Source: Ginglymostoma cirratum
Lineage: Eukaryota
Direction of reading: 5' to 3'
DNA length: 64,000 nucleotides
Assembly: GCA_024137785.1 (NCBI GenBank)
Contig: JAHRHZ010000018.1
Coordinates: 51,012,289-51,076,288 of the forward strand
Within the stretch, counting starts at the first letter, position 1. Each line of letters starts with the position of its first letter. This document shows positions 37,531-50,444 of this stretch, in pieces. Under the pieces are notes generated by a model. It had not been told where the DNA came from, made no database searches, and was given only the letters and a program-made list of their open reading frames with translations. The position numbers were made by a program, and so were the translations under genes.

Positions 37531-39476
37531 TTTAGTGTCGGCACATTTTAGGACTAAAGATGCGAGCCATAGGTCCTTCTAAGAGTTTGTATATTACACA
37601 ATGAACAATCATTTGATCAGGGCAGTTTTGTTGTACAGAATAGTCTTGTTAGACCCCATCCCAGCATCTAGCCTGCACAGTCAGTGGGTTGCTAAGGCCC
37701 CATTCATAAGGTTGCTGATAAAGCTGACATTGTAGCACGTGGAAGTCTGGGAATCCTGATTTGTATATTGACTAGTGAATGTAAGCTTGCAGTAGATTAA
37801 AAAAAACTCAAACAGAAGTCAAGGGAGAGAGCTGGATTGACTATTCCATTCCAAAGGTAAACTTGAGGGTAGGATAGACCCTATTGAGGTGTATAAGATC
37901 TTTTTTGGATGCAGCTGCGTTTCAAATATGGCAAAATTGTCACCTATACATCAGAACACACAAGCAGGCAGGAGGTCAGTGGCTACTCCATCAAAGACAC
38001 ACATTTTATGCAAATTAACAGAGTTGTTAGGAAAATCTGGGCTTAAAGAATATCCCATTGCACCACCATCTATTTGGTAATAGATGATATTACTGAAACT
38101 GAACTAAGACTATTAACAGTTAACAGTTCTTGCTACATTTCAATGCTAAATATAATTCAACTAATTAACACTCCCTTCTCAAGCTGCACAAATTGTTATT
38201 CCCTTTCTCAAGCTGGTTTTCTTTGTTGCATTAATGATTAATGTAAGCCAAAAAGCTTTGACTTAATTTCTGTTTTTAGCAACATTTAAGCATTGGAATC
38301 ACAAATTGATAGAGTAAATGTGGATGCTCTGGAAGGTTATATGAGGTTTGTTTAATAAGTGCCACGATCTGAATCGCCTATTCGTTAAACATAAAAAGGC
38401 TCATGATAACAGTGAGAGTTGGGGACAAATATATCTCTGTTAGAATGCTTTCATTGACAGATCATCTGGTCATAGACTAAAGAATCAAAATGCCATCAAG
38501 ACTTACAGCTTTAACAAACGAATTTGTTGACATCTTTCCAAGAGCTATTATTATGCCATTATGAATACTTGGCTGAGTTTCAAAGCTACAATTAACTTAG
38601 CAGGGGATTCTGAGTTCACAGTTTGATTAACATTTTAAATGGGCTAAGAATGGATTATCTATCATTTTCGCTTTTCTAAATAGAAGCATATTTATTTTTA
38701 ATAAGAGATTAACGATGAAGAGACTAAATGACACAGAGTGGGTTTTTTTTCACTATCAACTATGTAGAAGTGAGAGATAGATTATTAGAAGGTTTTTTTA
38801 CTCCATCTTCACATGACTTCTGAATTCCATTGTAGCTAGTAACAGCTCAGAGGTAACATGGTTGTTTGAGTTGGCATGGGGTTGCATTGGGTACTTAGGA
38901 ATTGTAAGATGTGGGGGCTGCTGAGCCAAATGATTTCTAAAACAACTGGATCAAAGTTCCAGACCATAGAGGGAACCTTCTAACCAACCAGTCTCATCAC
39001 TCATGATTGTCTAAATCTGCTTTCCAGATCAACAAGCCTGATACAGTCCTGCCCCCAACTTGGTGAAATGTGAATTGAATCTAACTGAGCCCTTTAAACA
39101 AGTGGAAATATCCTTACTCAAGCCTATCGATCCAGTAGCAAAAATCTAGCCCCTGGTCTCACACAAGTCTCCAGTTGCTAGATGGTCAATTTTTATTGAC
39201 TTGTCATCTTGAGACTCAATACCTGTTTTTGGACCCTCCATGGCTTTGTATTTTTGTATTTTTTTGCTAATGCTCCTACATTTTCTACTTTAAAACCAAA
39301 TGAATCTGTCTTTTTCCTCTGTTGTCTGTCATTTCTACAACTTGGAGAACAAAAGGAAACTATGTCAGCTTATTCTGTTTATCTTCCACTATGGCATAAC
39401 AATCTGTAAAATATGCTACCGAACGCATTAATGAGCCAATGTTTTTACCCATGCCCCAGTGTACTTAAATATAAAA

Positions 39477-39893
39477 AATTGCATTTATATAGTGTTTTTT
39501 CACAACCACCATGAATCTCAAATTGTTCTACAGCTAATTAAGTACTTTTTAAAGTGTCATCATGGTTGTTTTATAGAAAAGATGGCCAGCCAAATTTTAC
39601 ACAACAAAGTTCCATGAATAGTAAGGTAATAATGACCAGAAAATCTGTTTGTGCAATTTGATTGAAGAACAAATATTGGCTTGGACACGTCCCCTGAAAT
39701 AGAGATGCGGGATCTTTTATCTCCACCTGGACAGGCATCCTTGTTTTAATGTTGCATCCAGAAGACACACCTGATAATACAATGTACCCTTGGTATGTTA
39801 ATTGAGATTCAGTCATGGGTTCTGAAATCCTGGATTGCGACTAGAAATCAGAACCTTTTGATTCAGAGGCAAAAATGGAGCCATGGCTGACAC
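39477..39893 (-). mobile_element. Deu-domain SINE (SacSINE1-like) with L2-type tail
   Basis: Deu-like core 'gggatcttttatctccacctg...gttttaatgttgcatccagaagac' and tail 'ttgcatttatatagtg'. Confidence 0.7.
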
Positions 39894-41201
39894 CTAAAGT
39901 TAATGACTCAGTCAAGATTTAATTATAGGCAAATTTGGCTTCTTAAGTCATTAACAAATATCTAGAGCAGTCTGCTATATATATCCCATTCTCAAAATGC
40001 TTAGAAAGCAAAGAAAATGGCCAGAGCTAAGGGTGAAATTGCTAGCCTAAGAAAGTGGTAACAGCCGGATTCCTCACTGGCTTTTGAAGCTTTTATGTGT
40101 CAGCAGTCAGAAGGCTTGAAGGCCTGAAAATCCAGTAAGTATCTGAAGTGGAAAGCTCACAGTCACTGTTGGGGGCCTCCTTCCAATTATTCCTGATTTC
40201 TCTCAAGCCCGTGGCTTTAACAACAGAAACTAGTGAAAGACAGGGAACATATTCTCACATGCATTCTTTGTGTCAACAGTGAATATATACCTATTTTAAT
40301 TACATGCCCAAAGCTGTCACCTCTCCATGTAGCCTAGAACAATACAAAGAAGATAGCAACCCAGTACAGTGAGATTCTGCTCCTTTAGTTTTGACCTTTA
40401 CAGCTGAAAAATGAATATTTCTTGTGGTAAAGAATGATAAAATTGGCCTGTTAAACTTTTTATAAATATGCGTGTCTTCATTAAAATGCATTATGTTGGA
40501 TCTGAATCTGATTTCATTTGTTCAATATTGTTGTTGTTCTAAGAGGAACATTATTGCCTAATCTGCTGCAGTTTGTGCTAGAGTAGGTAGTTATGTGGTT
40601 TTGTGGCATGGTATTTTTCAGATGTGTATGTGGGTTTCCCTTCTGTTGACTCATCTCTATCCCCAAAGATAACAAACATCTGCATAATTTGGATGTAGTT
40701 AGGGTAACTAGATCTGTGCTCACCTGCCACTTAACCCTATTTCTTCAGCACTTGATGTAACAAATCCATTACTATCCCTGACCCAGAGATTAATTAACAG
40801 CAGTTGCTTTTGGTTGTACTTTGATCTAAAACCTGTATGGATGTCGAGTAACTTTCCTCATTGCTATCATTTAGTGTGCATTTTTTGCATTTCCCCCAGC
40901 TTCTGCAAATCTTATCCAATAGTAATACGTAGCAAAATATCATGGTCACATGTGATTTTGGAACACATCCTACCAGCAAGTTACCCATGATTGCACAAAA
41001 ATAGAAAATAATCCCGAGGGTAACTTCAATCTAGGATCTGAACACTGCCAAAGGGACATTGGTTTTAGGATTGTCATCTTATGACAAGTTCAGTTTGCAT
41101 GATGGGCAGGATGAATGTACTATAATGAGAGGATCATGGCTTTGAGTTGTGACGTTCTCTTTACTGGACTTGAAAATCCTTTAAAAATCTTAAGTAACTG
41201 C

Positions 41202-41338
41202 TTTCTGAGGAAGGGTCACCGGACCCGTAATGTTAACTCTGTATTTTCCTTCACGGATGCTGCCAAACCTGCTGAGCTTTTCCAGCAACTTTGTTTTTGT
41301 TCCTGATTTACAGCATCCGCAGTTCTTTCACTTTTTAT
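41202..41338 (+). mobile_element. Penelope pLTR fragment, hammerhead core broken (GAAA to GUAA)
   Basis: Homolog of the 8084 and 33772 copies. Confidence 0.8.
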
Positions 41339-42477
41339 TAAGTAACTATTTGTTCTGTTGATTAATGGACAGAAATACCTGAAATAAAATGGCACCCACC
41401 TTAAGGAAATAATGACTTTGTGCAGCCTGGATAAAAATAAACAGACTATTTGACATAGAAAGCAGACTGTCTAGTTTAAAAATCAGATGAACAGCAATTC
41501 TGTCAAACAATTTTACTAATCAGCAGTAAAAATATAACAGCACAACCATATTAAACCCAGCACCTACTATCTCACCCCTGCAGTAGGCACACTACAGAAT
41601 CAGTGAAGCAACATATAAATTAGAGACAAATGTAGCTCCACTCTAAACCTCTTAAGATAGATTGAAGACGTTTTAAAGGATTGCTTGCAAATTAGCCTAC
41701 AGTGGAGTTTATAGGGGATTCACGGAAAATAATGCAATTTGTTACATCTCAACGAAAACAAGGTTTGGATTGAAAGATGTTATAAGGTCGATTTGTGTTA
41801 GGTAAAGCAAGCAGCACCCAAGCATTTTGAAGAAATTCCAGATTGCATTATAGTTTTGATACCCTTGACATTGTTATTTGTGAGAAACAGAAATTATTTT
41901 AAATCTTGCAATTAATATTCTTTCATGAGGCAGGAAGAAGATGGCCACCAAATGCTGAACATTCTCTCCATTATTTGCAGGTGAAGAAGAATGAGATAGC
42001 TTTCTTTTCAATCACATTTTCTCGTGTTTATTGCATCTCTTTGAGATGATCACCAGTCCTAATATCATTCTTTCTGAACCGATTGCATACCAAGTGCAAC
42101 AGATGCTGATAATCTATTTCAGTTGATAAGGAGTAAAGCCCTTAACACATGCAATTATTAAGAGCAGACATTGATATTCTGAAGAAAGGTTATTGCATGA
42201 AATTACTACTCATTTGATTATAACATTGAGCTGCTAATTCTGCTGTTTCTATGCACTTTCTCACTGAGAAATAGCTAAACTAATAAATATTGTATGATGT
42301 AATCACTTGATCTAGTCATCTAAATCATAGCAACTTTTAACCTTTGAACCATATGGTCACAGGTTTGAATTGTACAACTATCTATCACTCAAATAGAGTT
42401 TCCAGTATGAATAAAAATAGGTTTTCACTCATATTATGAGGTTTGGCCTCTCTTGTCCCTATTTAGAGGTTCAGTCT

Positions 42478-42570
42478 AAGGTCAAAGATTAGCCATTACT
42501 ATATTAAGTAGCAGAACAGGGTCAAGGTATCGCGTAGCCTGCTCTTGCTCCTATTTCTTATGTTCTTATG
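42478..42570 (+). mobile_element. CR1 3' tail
   Basis: 'gcctgctcttgctcctatttcttatgttcttatg' terminal motif. Confidence 0.7.
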
Positions 42571-42587
42571 TTACAGTGTTAGCACAC

Positions 42588-43130
42588 GATCAACGTGCAT
42601 TCGTATAGCATGTTTACTGGAATAAAACATCACAGGCTGTTTAAGGCAGGTGAACAAGAAAGTTATCAAAGAGGTAGGTTTTAAGGAGCACCTTAACAGA
42701 GGAAAGAAAGGGAGATAGAAAGGTTTAGGGATGAAATTCTAGAGCTTAGCGTCTTCGCAGCTGCAGACATACCTGTCAATCGTGGAACAACAAAATCAGA
42801 AGGGTAAATTGCCAAACATATAAGAGGAGAGCTTTCTTGAAAACTTGAAAATTTGAAAACAATCTAAGGGGAGAAACCAATAAGACTTGTGAATGACACA
42901 AAAAGATTTGACTGATCTTGAGTACCGCAAAATGGAGCTCCAATATGATAAATATGTTTATTTCCAAGTATTACCAATTTTACCCTCTAGGAAGGAGGAC
43001 AATTTTAAAGTTGAAGGGTTGCTCAGTTGGGAGCCAGTGTGGATAAGTGAACACAGGGGTGAAGGGTGGACAGAACTTGGTACAAGTCAGGAGAGGAACA
43101 GTCACATTTGGATGAGTTCAACTTTATTAC
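42588..43130 (-). mobile_element. L2 LINE 3' fragment
   Basis: 'gtgcattcgtatagc' tail, 'gaggtaggttttaaggagcaccttaa...gtttaggga' and 'gggagccagtgt', typical of the L2 antisense strand. Confidence 0.7.
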
Positions 43131-46014
43131 CACATTTGGCTAAAATGAGATAGGGAAGGGATGGAAGGCCATCTGAAGCAACTAGAAGATTACTCGCTAC
43201 AATTTGTGGAAGAAGAATGGTTTCACATTTTTGAAGCTGTGGTATCATCACAAAATTGAATATAAAAAGATTTTATCCGTTAAACTCTTAATGCTCATTT
43301 ATTCTTGTCAATTATCCTCTATTCCCCATTTTTCTCCAACCCACGCTTCCAAAGATACTTTACTAAAACTCATACTGTCTATTTCCCTCATTTGTATCTG
43401 TTGTTTTGGATAAATAGGAGGAAAGTAAGATTATCCAAGAGTTCACCTACTGCCTAACTTGTCCTGAAGCTTTGAGAAACAATTGACTTTACCTATATTC
43501 CACCCCCACCATTAACCAAATACACGCATTGCTACTGATGCACCCTATCCCTGAGAATAAATTTTTAATATTACGTTGGGAAAGCAAGCACTTGTACCCC
43601 AAATCTGTTTTATAGCAAGTGGAATTAATTACACACTTTGAATTCAAAAACCAAAAACAGTATAAGGATTAAGTTTTGCTTCATCTGCTTTTTCAATTGC
43701 CTGACTGTTGTCATTGTTCATCAGAGGATCATTGTTTGCACATAAGAACAGCATAGTTTTCCCTAGCAGTATCTACACAAAGCTGTTTGGGACTAACCTT
43801 TCAGAAAATTTCCAATATTATTGGACTAAAGTATTAAAATAATCTATTTGGTAAATGAGCAGCAGTCTTTATTTATCCTCGGTTCACAAAAAGGGCATAA
43901 ATTTTCACCAGGACCCTTGTCATTTGTTTTCAGATTCAACACCTAAATGGATTTGTCTGTAGCTGCCGATGTACAGTAGCTCACAGTAAATGCAAAGTCA
44001 GTTAATAAACATGGTAAGAAAAGGCTGCAAGTTAATCTGAAGTATGGCATTCATCAAATATCGCAATGAACAATATGCACAATTTCAGCATATTTTTAAA
44101 TCATGAATTGCAAGAGATAGGATTTCTCCAGTATCACACCCACCCCCAAGTATTAAAATTAAGCTGCATCCACATCGGCTCTTTTTAGTTCTTAGATTTA
44201 CTACAAAAACAGATGATAGCGCCATCTTGTCTGCACCATGAACATTGCAATAGAAATCTTTAGGATACGTTTGACCATTTGGTTAATTCTTGGAGTAACA
44301 ACTTTCTTACATGCAATATTTTAGGAAATAGCAAGCATAGTGGTTAAACAGAATTTATAGAACCACTGTGTATTTGTTTTCACTTTTCAAACAATTGAGA
44401 TAGAATGTTTGTAACAGTTAATTCTACATTAACCTTTTATAGCTGTTATATCCCTACTTTAGAATACCTTAGACTTAAGAAAGCTCAGGAATATATTAGC
44501 TTAAAGAGGAAAAGCTTTTGTGAGGCATTATTTTTGAAATTAAAACATAACTCCATCTTCCTGTTAAAATAAAATCAAATGTAAACCATCCCCAGTCTTA
44601 CAACTAGGGTGAACTGTTAACATAGCTCTGTTTAAGACAACTGTGGTGTTGGCTTCTATTGGTTAATATTAATATTAAAGAAGTTCAAACTGAACTTCTT
44701 TGCATCTATGTCAATGAAGACAATATTCTGATGAACTGGTAGCCAAATAAATTTGTTATGAATGTATCAACTCAATTGTATACTCATTCCATACAGTACA
44801 ATTTTATGCCAAAAATAAAAGGTAGTTGACCAGATTGTTAATCTCATCTACATATATATTACTTATTCATTATTTCACAGGTTTCTGAGCTTCAAAGTGC
44901 AGGATACAGCTTACATCTTGGTACTGAGAGAATGTAAATATAGATGCAGAAGTGTAAAGCATACACCAGATTTTATATTTTTTGTAGATTGTCCCCTTCC
45001 TGGCTATTAACAGAGACCTAAGTCGATCTGTACCCATGCAGATCTTGTATATGCAGATTCCAAAAGTATTAGCAATGCTTCAGGGCCGCACATTGAGGTC
45101 AACATCAAAATGACTCCATCTTGCTCTTTTTGTTCCATTAGCTGCTTGATGCTCTGTATTGTACTGTCACTCTCTAATCACATTCTCCTTATTTCATCAT
45201 AACATTAAATCAGTAATTTTACAGCCAGTTGACTCAACTTAAGAGAATTCCTTACAAATTCATATTTCTATTGTTGAACAGAAATTGGAAAACTCACAAG
45301 TGTTTCTGTTTACCATTATTTTATTCATTCCTCTGACCTGAATACAGCTAGCTGTAAATTTCTATAATGGGGATTTGTTCTGCCTGAATTAGACCTTTTA
45401 GTATGTTTACATCCCAGATTACACACATTCATGCTCATGTTCAGTAAATACCTTTTCACTTTGAATCAAAGTATGGCAAGTTTGCATTGTAAACAGCATT
45501 AGTTGCTAGAGTTTTGTAGGATGCAATTTACAAAATGCTGCCTACAGATAAATGCTGCGTGACAGTAAGACTCATACATCCACAATGTCTCTAATGTCAC
45601 TTTATGGATGGTGCTGTAGTCAGAAACAAAAGGGTGTGACTATAAGGCATGAAGATATGGGGAATCCACTATGTAATGATAGAGGAGCGTCAGTCCTTGA
45701 TTTTGAACAAAAGATATGAAGAGCTTAGGACCTGGGTGGATCAGATCAATGTCTGCAAATTAATGGGCAACTGACCAGAGCAGAATGTCTTTCAAGTAGG
45801 TGAGTAAAAACAGATGTGGTAGTGATGGAGAACAATACAGTCAGGGAAACAGATATGAACCCTTGCAACCAATATTGGAGTTACACAAGTTGCCCACTTT
45901 GTGCCAATTGCTGCGGTCCATGAAGGTACCCAATGATGTGAGTTTCACTAAGAGTGAAAGTCCGTTGAGAGGTTTTGAATAGTTAGGGTAAGAATTAATA
46001 ACACAGATCCTCAG

Positions 46015-46192
46015 AAGATCATTGGATACATTTAATGCTGGCTTAGACAACTTGATTTCTTAAGGAATCAAGGGATGTGGGGAGTGGGCAGCAACATGGA
46101 GATAACGCCTAAGATTAAGATGATCATATTGAAATGTGGAGGAGACTTGACAAGACATATGCTTCACTCCTGCTCCCACTTCTTGTGTCCTT
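46015..46192 (+). mobile_element. CR1 3' end
   Basis: 'atttaatgctggcttagac...ggaatcaagggatgtgggga...ctcctgctcccacttcttgtgtcct'. Confidence 0.7.
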
Positions 46193-46689
46193 TTTGTGCA
46201 AATGTAAACATTTGTCAAATAGGATATGCACCAATTGATATAGGATCAAGCACATCATAAAATTAAACAAGTGACTCAAAGAGTGGTGTGGGTTTTCATT
46301 CATGGGGTTCTGGCAGCAGTACTGAGGAAAGTACTGTTTCACTGGGATAGGCTTTACTTACACTGGACTGAGTTCAGTGGCCCTGTGAATTGCACAAACA
46401 GGGCTATGGATAATGCTTTGAACTGAATGGTCTCTTGTCAAGGAAGACTTTGAAATCAAAACAGAAAAGTCGAAAGTAATGTAGCAATTTTAAAAATGGC
46501 AAGGACAGAGGGAGAGAGAGAGAGGCAAGAAGAGACAAAGATCTTAAAGATAATAATGCAAATAAGGTCCGTGCAAAGAAAGGTTGTGGAAAAAATGAAA
46601 CTAAAGGCTTCATACTTTTTCAAATATGAAGTTTATAGGATTGTTGTATTTTGGGACTGTGTCTTTAATTTGGAATAAAATGAAGGAAG

Positions 46690-47575
46690 TCATGCAACCT
46701 GTTCCAAAGTCGGCCTGTCAACAGGCCTAGGGCATGGCTGTTAAAGATTAAAAGGAGGTCCAGGTTGTTTACCAGATAGAAAATGTTAGGTATTCTCATT
46801 TGGAGATGATGGAAGCAGAATCTATATTTACAGTTGTTAGACTACTAATTGCCAAGTCCCAGGAAGGCATTGAAAATTTTGAATTATGAATAATTATGTT
46901 TTAAATGGTTCGTTTACTTTAAAGTTAGAAGAGTTGTGAGATCTCAAGGATAGCTACTCTGCTTTTCAAACTGGATACAAGATCCATATGACCCACATGG
47001 CCATGGAAATAGACTTTGAGAGGAGAAGAATTTCTATGATAGCCCTGTAGACTCACAGAAACAGGTAGTCTGTTGGTATCTGAGAGCGATGAAGCAGCGA
47101 AAGACTGAATGTTTATACGGTTTGCCTTACATGAATGCAACTGGAAGCATGTGTTTTATTTGAAAATAACACATTCATGAATATTTGCTTAGCATGCACT
47201 TGAGGGTGAATCTCTAGTAAAAACATTCACCATAAAAGATAGTTCGGTGGATAAATATTACCAGGATGGGAAAGGAAAGAAACAGAAATAAACTGTCAAG
47301 AGCTAAGGATCACTTTGGCCTGAGTCCGGGAAAATCGAATCACTATGTAAAGGACAGTCCAAAGCATACCTCTGATGTAGCTTTTTCCGTTCTGGTATGA
47401 GTAAAAAGAGAAAGTTCTATTCTACATATTGTATAAGTGGCCTACAAAAATAGTTTCATCAAATTGTGTTTGTAGTCTGGTTGTTACAGTAAAATCCTAA
47501 ATTATAAAATCTTGTTGAATCATTCTTTCAGTATAAACTGGAAATTTCATTTTCATTTTTTAAAATTTCTTTCTG
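46690..47575 (+). mobile_element. Possible decayed LTR
   Basis: The 3' part 'gtaaaatcctaaattataaaatcttg...attctttcagt...aactgg' resembles shark LTR ends from memory; termini not resolved. Confidence 0.3.
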
Positions 47576-47893
47576 TTATTATGTACAAAATATTCATAGT
47601 AAGATAGATGAGACAGAAACACAAAGATAGATAATTTGGATCTAATTGTCATTATAGAAGCATAGCTACAAGATGATCAACATTGGGAAATAAATATTCC
47701 AGCGTACACATATTTCAAAAAGACCGAATGAAAGAAAAGAAGGTGTAATCCTGAGAAAGAATCTTGGATCAAATGATCAGAAAGTGAAATGGATGGAGTT
47801 TAGGAATAACAAATGGTCATAAAACATTGGTGAGAGTGGTTTATGGATTCTCATCTCTTGGCTATACAGATAGACAGACCATTAAGCAAGAAT

Positions 47894-48111
47894 GATCATA
47901 GAATCTCTACAGTGTAGAAACAGGCCCTTCGGCCCAACGAGTCAACACCGACCCTCAGAGCATCCCACCTAGACCCATTCCCCTGTAACCCTCCTAACCC
48001 ACCCTACACATCCCTGAACACTATGGGCAATTTAGCATGGCCAATCCACCTAGCCTGCACATCTTTGGACTGTAGGAGGAAACCGAAATATCCAGAGGAA
48101 ACCCATGCAGA
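47894..48111 (-). mobile_element. 5'-truncated HE1-type SINE nested in CR1
   Basis: Reverse-complement homolog of 27125-27332. Confidence 0.85.
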
Positions 48112-48448
48112 AATAACTGGATATTGTAACTAAAAACAATGTAATAATTGTGAGGGTCTTTAATTTTTTTAATATGTGGAGTAAGCACATTCACAAAGAC
48201 AGACTGGAAGAACAGTCTGTAGAATACTTTCCAGAATTCCCTCGAACAATATAATCTGGAACCGACTGAGATAGGAATATTTTTGATCTACTATTGTACA
48301 ATGAGGCAGGTTCAATTAGTGATCTCATAGTAAAAGATGGTTTGTGGAAAAATGGTCATAATAAAATTGAATTCCGATCTAAGTTTGAAAGGACACAATT
48401 CAGTTTCAGACAAGGATCTTAAACTTTAACAAAGTTAACTGCATCCGT

Positions 48449-49252
48449 ACAGAGTCGTGGAGTCAAAGAGATGTATAGCATGGAAACAGACTCTTTGGTC
48501 CAACTCATCCATGCAGACCAGATATCCTAAATAAATTTAGTCCCATTTGGAGCATTTGGCCTGTAACCCTCTAAACCCTTCCTATTCATATACCCATGCA
48601 GATGCCTTTTAAATATTGTAATTGTACCAGCCTCCACCACTTCTTCAGGCAGGTCATTCCATACACGCACCACCCTTTGCGTGAAAAGTTGCCCCTTAGG
48701 TCTTTTTTACATCTTCCTCTTCTCACCTTACACCTATGCCCTCTAGTTTTTGACTCCCCCACCCTAGGGAAAAGAGCTTGTCTATTTACCCTCCCCTTGC
48801 CCCTCATGATTTTATAAACCTCTATAAGGTTTATAAAATCAGCCTTCCATGCTCCAGGCAAAATAGCCCGAGCCTATTCAGCCTCTCCCTGTAGCTTAAA
48901 CCCTCCAAACCTAGCAACATCCTTGTAAATATTTTCTGAACCCTTTCAAGTTTCACAACATCCTTCCTATAGCAGGGCAACCAGAATTGCACACAGTATT
49001 CCAAAAGTGGCCTAACCAATGTCCTGTACAGCCACAACAAGACATCCCAAATCCTGTACTCAATGTCCTGACCGATAACGGCAAGCGTACCAAATGTCTT
49101 CTTCACTATCCTACCTATCTGCAACCTGACTTTCAAGGAGCTATGAACCCACGCTCTAAGGTCTCTTTGCTCAGCAACACTCCCCAGGAACTTAATATTC
49201 AGTGTATAAATCCTGCTCTGATTTGCCTTTCCAAAATGCAATGCCTCACATT
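48449..49252 (-). mobile_element. Younger CR1 3' fragment nested antisense in the older CR1
   Basis: LYRTLVRPLLEYCVQFWLPCYRKDVVKLERVQKIFTRMLLGLEGLSYRERLNRLGLF, a 3' UTR and a decayed 8-mer tail. Confidence 0.93.
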
Positions 49253-49699
49253 GAGAGGGCAGCTGATCACGTAAATAGCCTAAGAACTGTGATAGTAAAT
49301 AGGACATTATGGTGGAAAACAATTCAAAATATTTACTAATATGTGACAGTAATAAATCAAGTCAAACTAAATCAAATAATGATATATTCTCTTTAAAAGC
49401 AAAGAAGCAAGCAAGATCCATTCATAACTAACCAGGAAAGTTAAAAACAGTATTAGATTAAGGTAATAGATTTATATTGTTGCAATAAATATTAGTAAAC
49501 TGGACAATTGTGAGACTTTATAAAGAGCAAAAGGTGATAAGAAGGGAGAAAAAAGAATGAATGGGTAAGGCAGCCTAGAGTATATAAGCAGATTGTAAAA
49601 GATGTTATGGTATATGATAAAGACAGTGGAAAAAGTAAATATTGGTCCCCTGGAAACAAAGACAGAAGAAATTTTCATGGGCATCAGCAAATTGGAGAA

Positions 49700-50065
49700 G
49701 AGTCTCCACTTATTCTGTATGAGGTAGATTCTGGATGAATGGATATGGAGGGAAATGCTGAGGAGCCAAAGGGCTGAGATTGAAGAGGTGAGGGATAGAG
49801 AGATTGCAGGTTAGTTGGTCTCATGCCCATATCTGGAGCAGGGAAAAGAAAAAAACGGGGTAAAAATGTTTTGGGCCTGTTAACTGTCAGCCTCAGTATT
49901 CACTTACCTCTATTCCGATCTCAAACTCCTCATCTCTGCTAGATGTAGTAGCCCCAACTCCATTATAACAATACTGTTGATGGATGCAGCCAGTCAGGAG
50001 TTGGGATCACAACAGTGAGAAATCTTTGAACTGCCCTTCCACCCTCCAAGTTGAAAAACTGGCCC
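49700..50065. mobile_element. MITE-like insertion in CR1
   Basis: Non-CR1 block separating colinear CR1 pieces; it ends in the TIR-like 'tgaaaaactggccc'. Confidence 0.4.
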
Positions 50066-50325
50066 TTCGTACATGTTTCCACATTAGAAACATGAATTAG
50101 ATACCAAAAATAAAAGGTAACAAAGAGATTAATAATAGCAAGGAATTTGAGGTAATTGATATCAGAGAAAAATCATTAGGTAAACCTAAGAGATCAAAAG
50201 CTAAAAGATGCACAAGACCTAATGAACTGGAGAATGGGATTACATTGATTACAGATTTCCAAAATGCTCTAGATTCTGGGATGGTCCCAGCAGATTGGAA
50301 GAAGGAAAATGTAACACTGCTATTC

Positions 50326-50444
50326 AGGGCTCATGGTAGGGTTGTATATCTGGGCCCAATAACCAGGTTCCAGGACCCTAACGGGGCTCACAGTAGGGTT
50401 GTATATCTGGGCCCAATAGCCAGGTGCCAGGACCCTAACAGGGC
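50326..50444. repeat. 57-bp tandem duplication (about 2.1 copies)
   Basis: Units start at 50326, 50383 and 50440 ('gggctca...tagggttgtatatctgggcccaata...caggaccctaac'). Confidence 0.9.

Larger units (their letters stand above)
47620..50329 (+). mobile_element. CR1 ORF2 5' half (APE endonuclease to RT start), split by three insertions
   Basis: DLIVIIEA*LQDDQHWEINIPAY (about 47640); LEQYNLEPT...IFDLLL (about 48240); KVNIGPLETKTEEIFMG (about 49635); FQNALDSGMVPADWKKENVTLLF (about 50260). The pieces are colinear. Confidence 0.85.
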
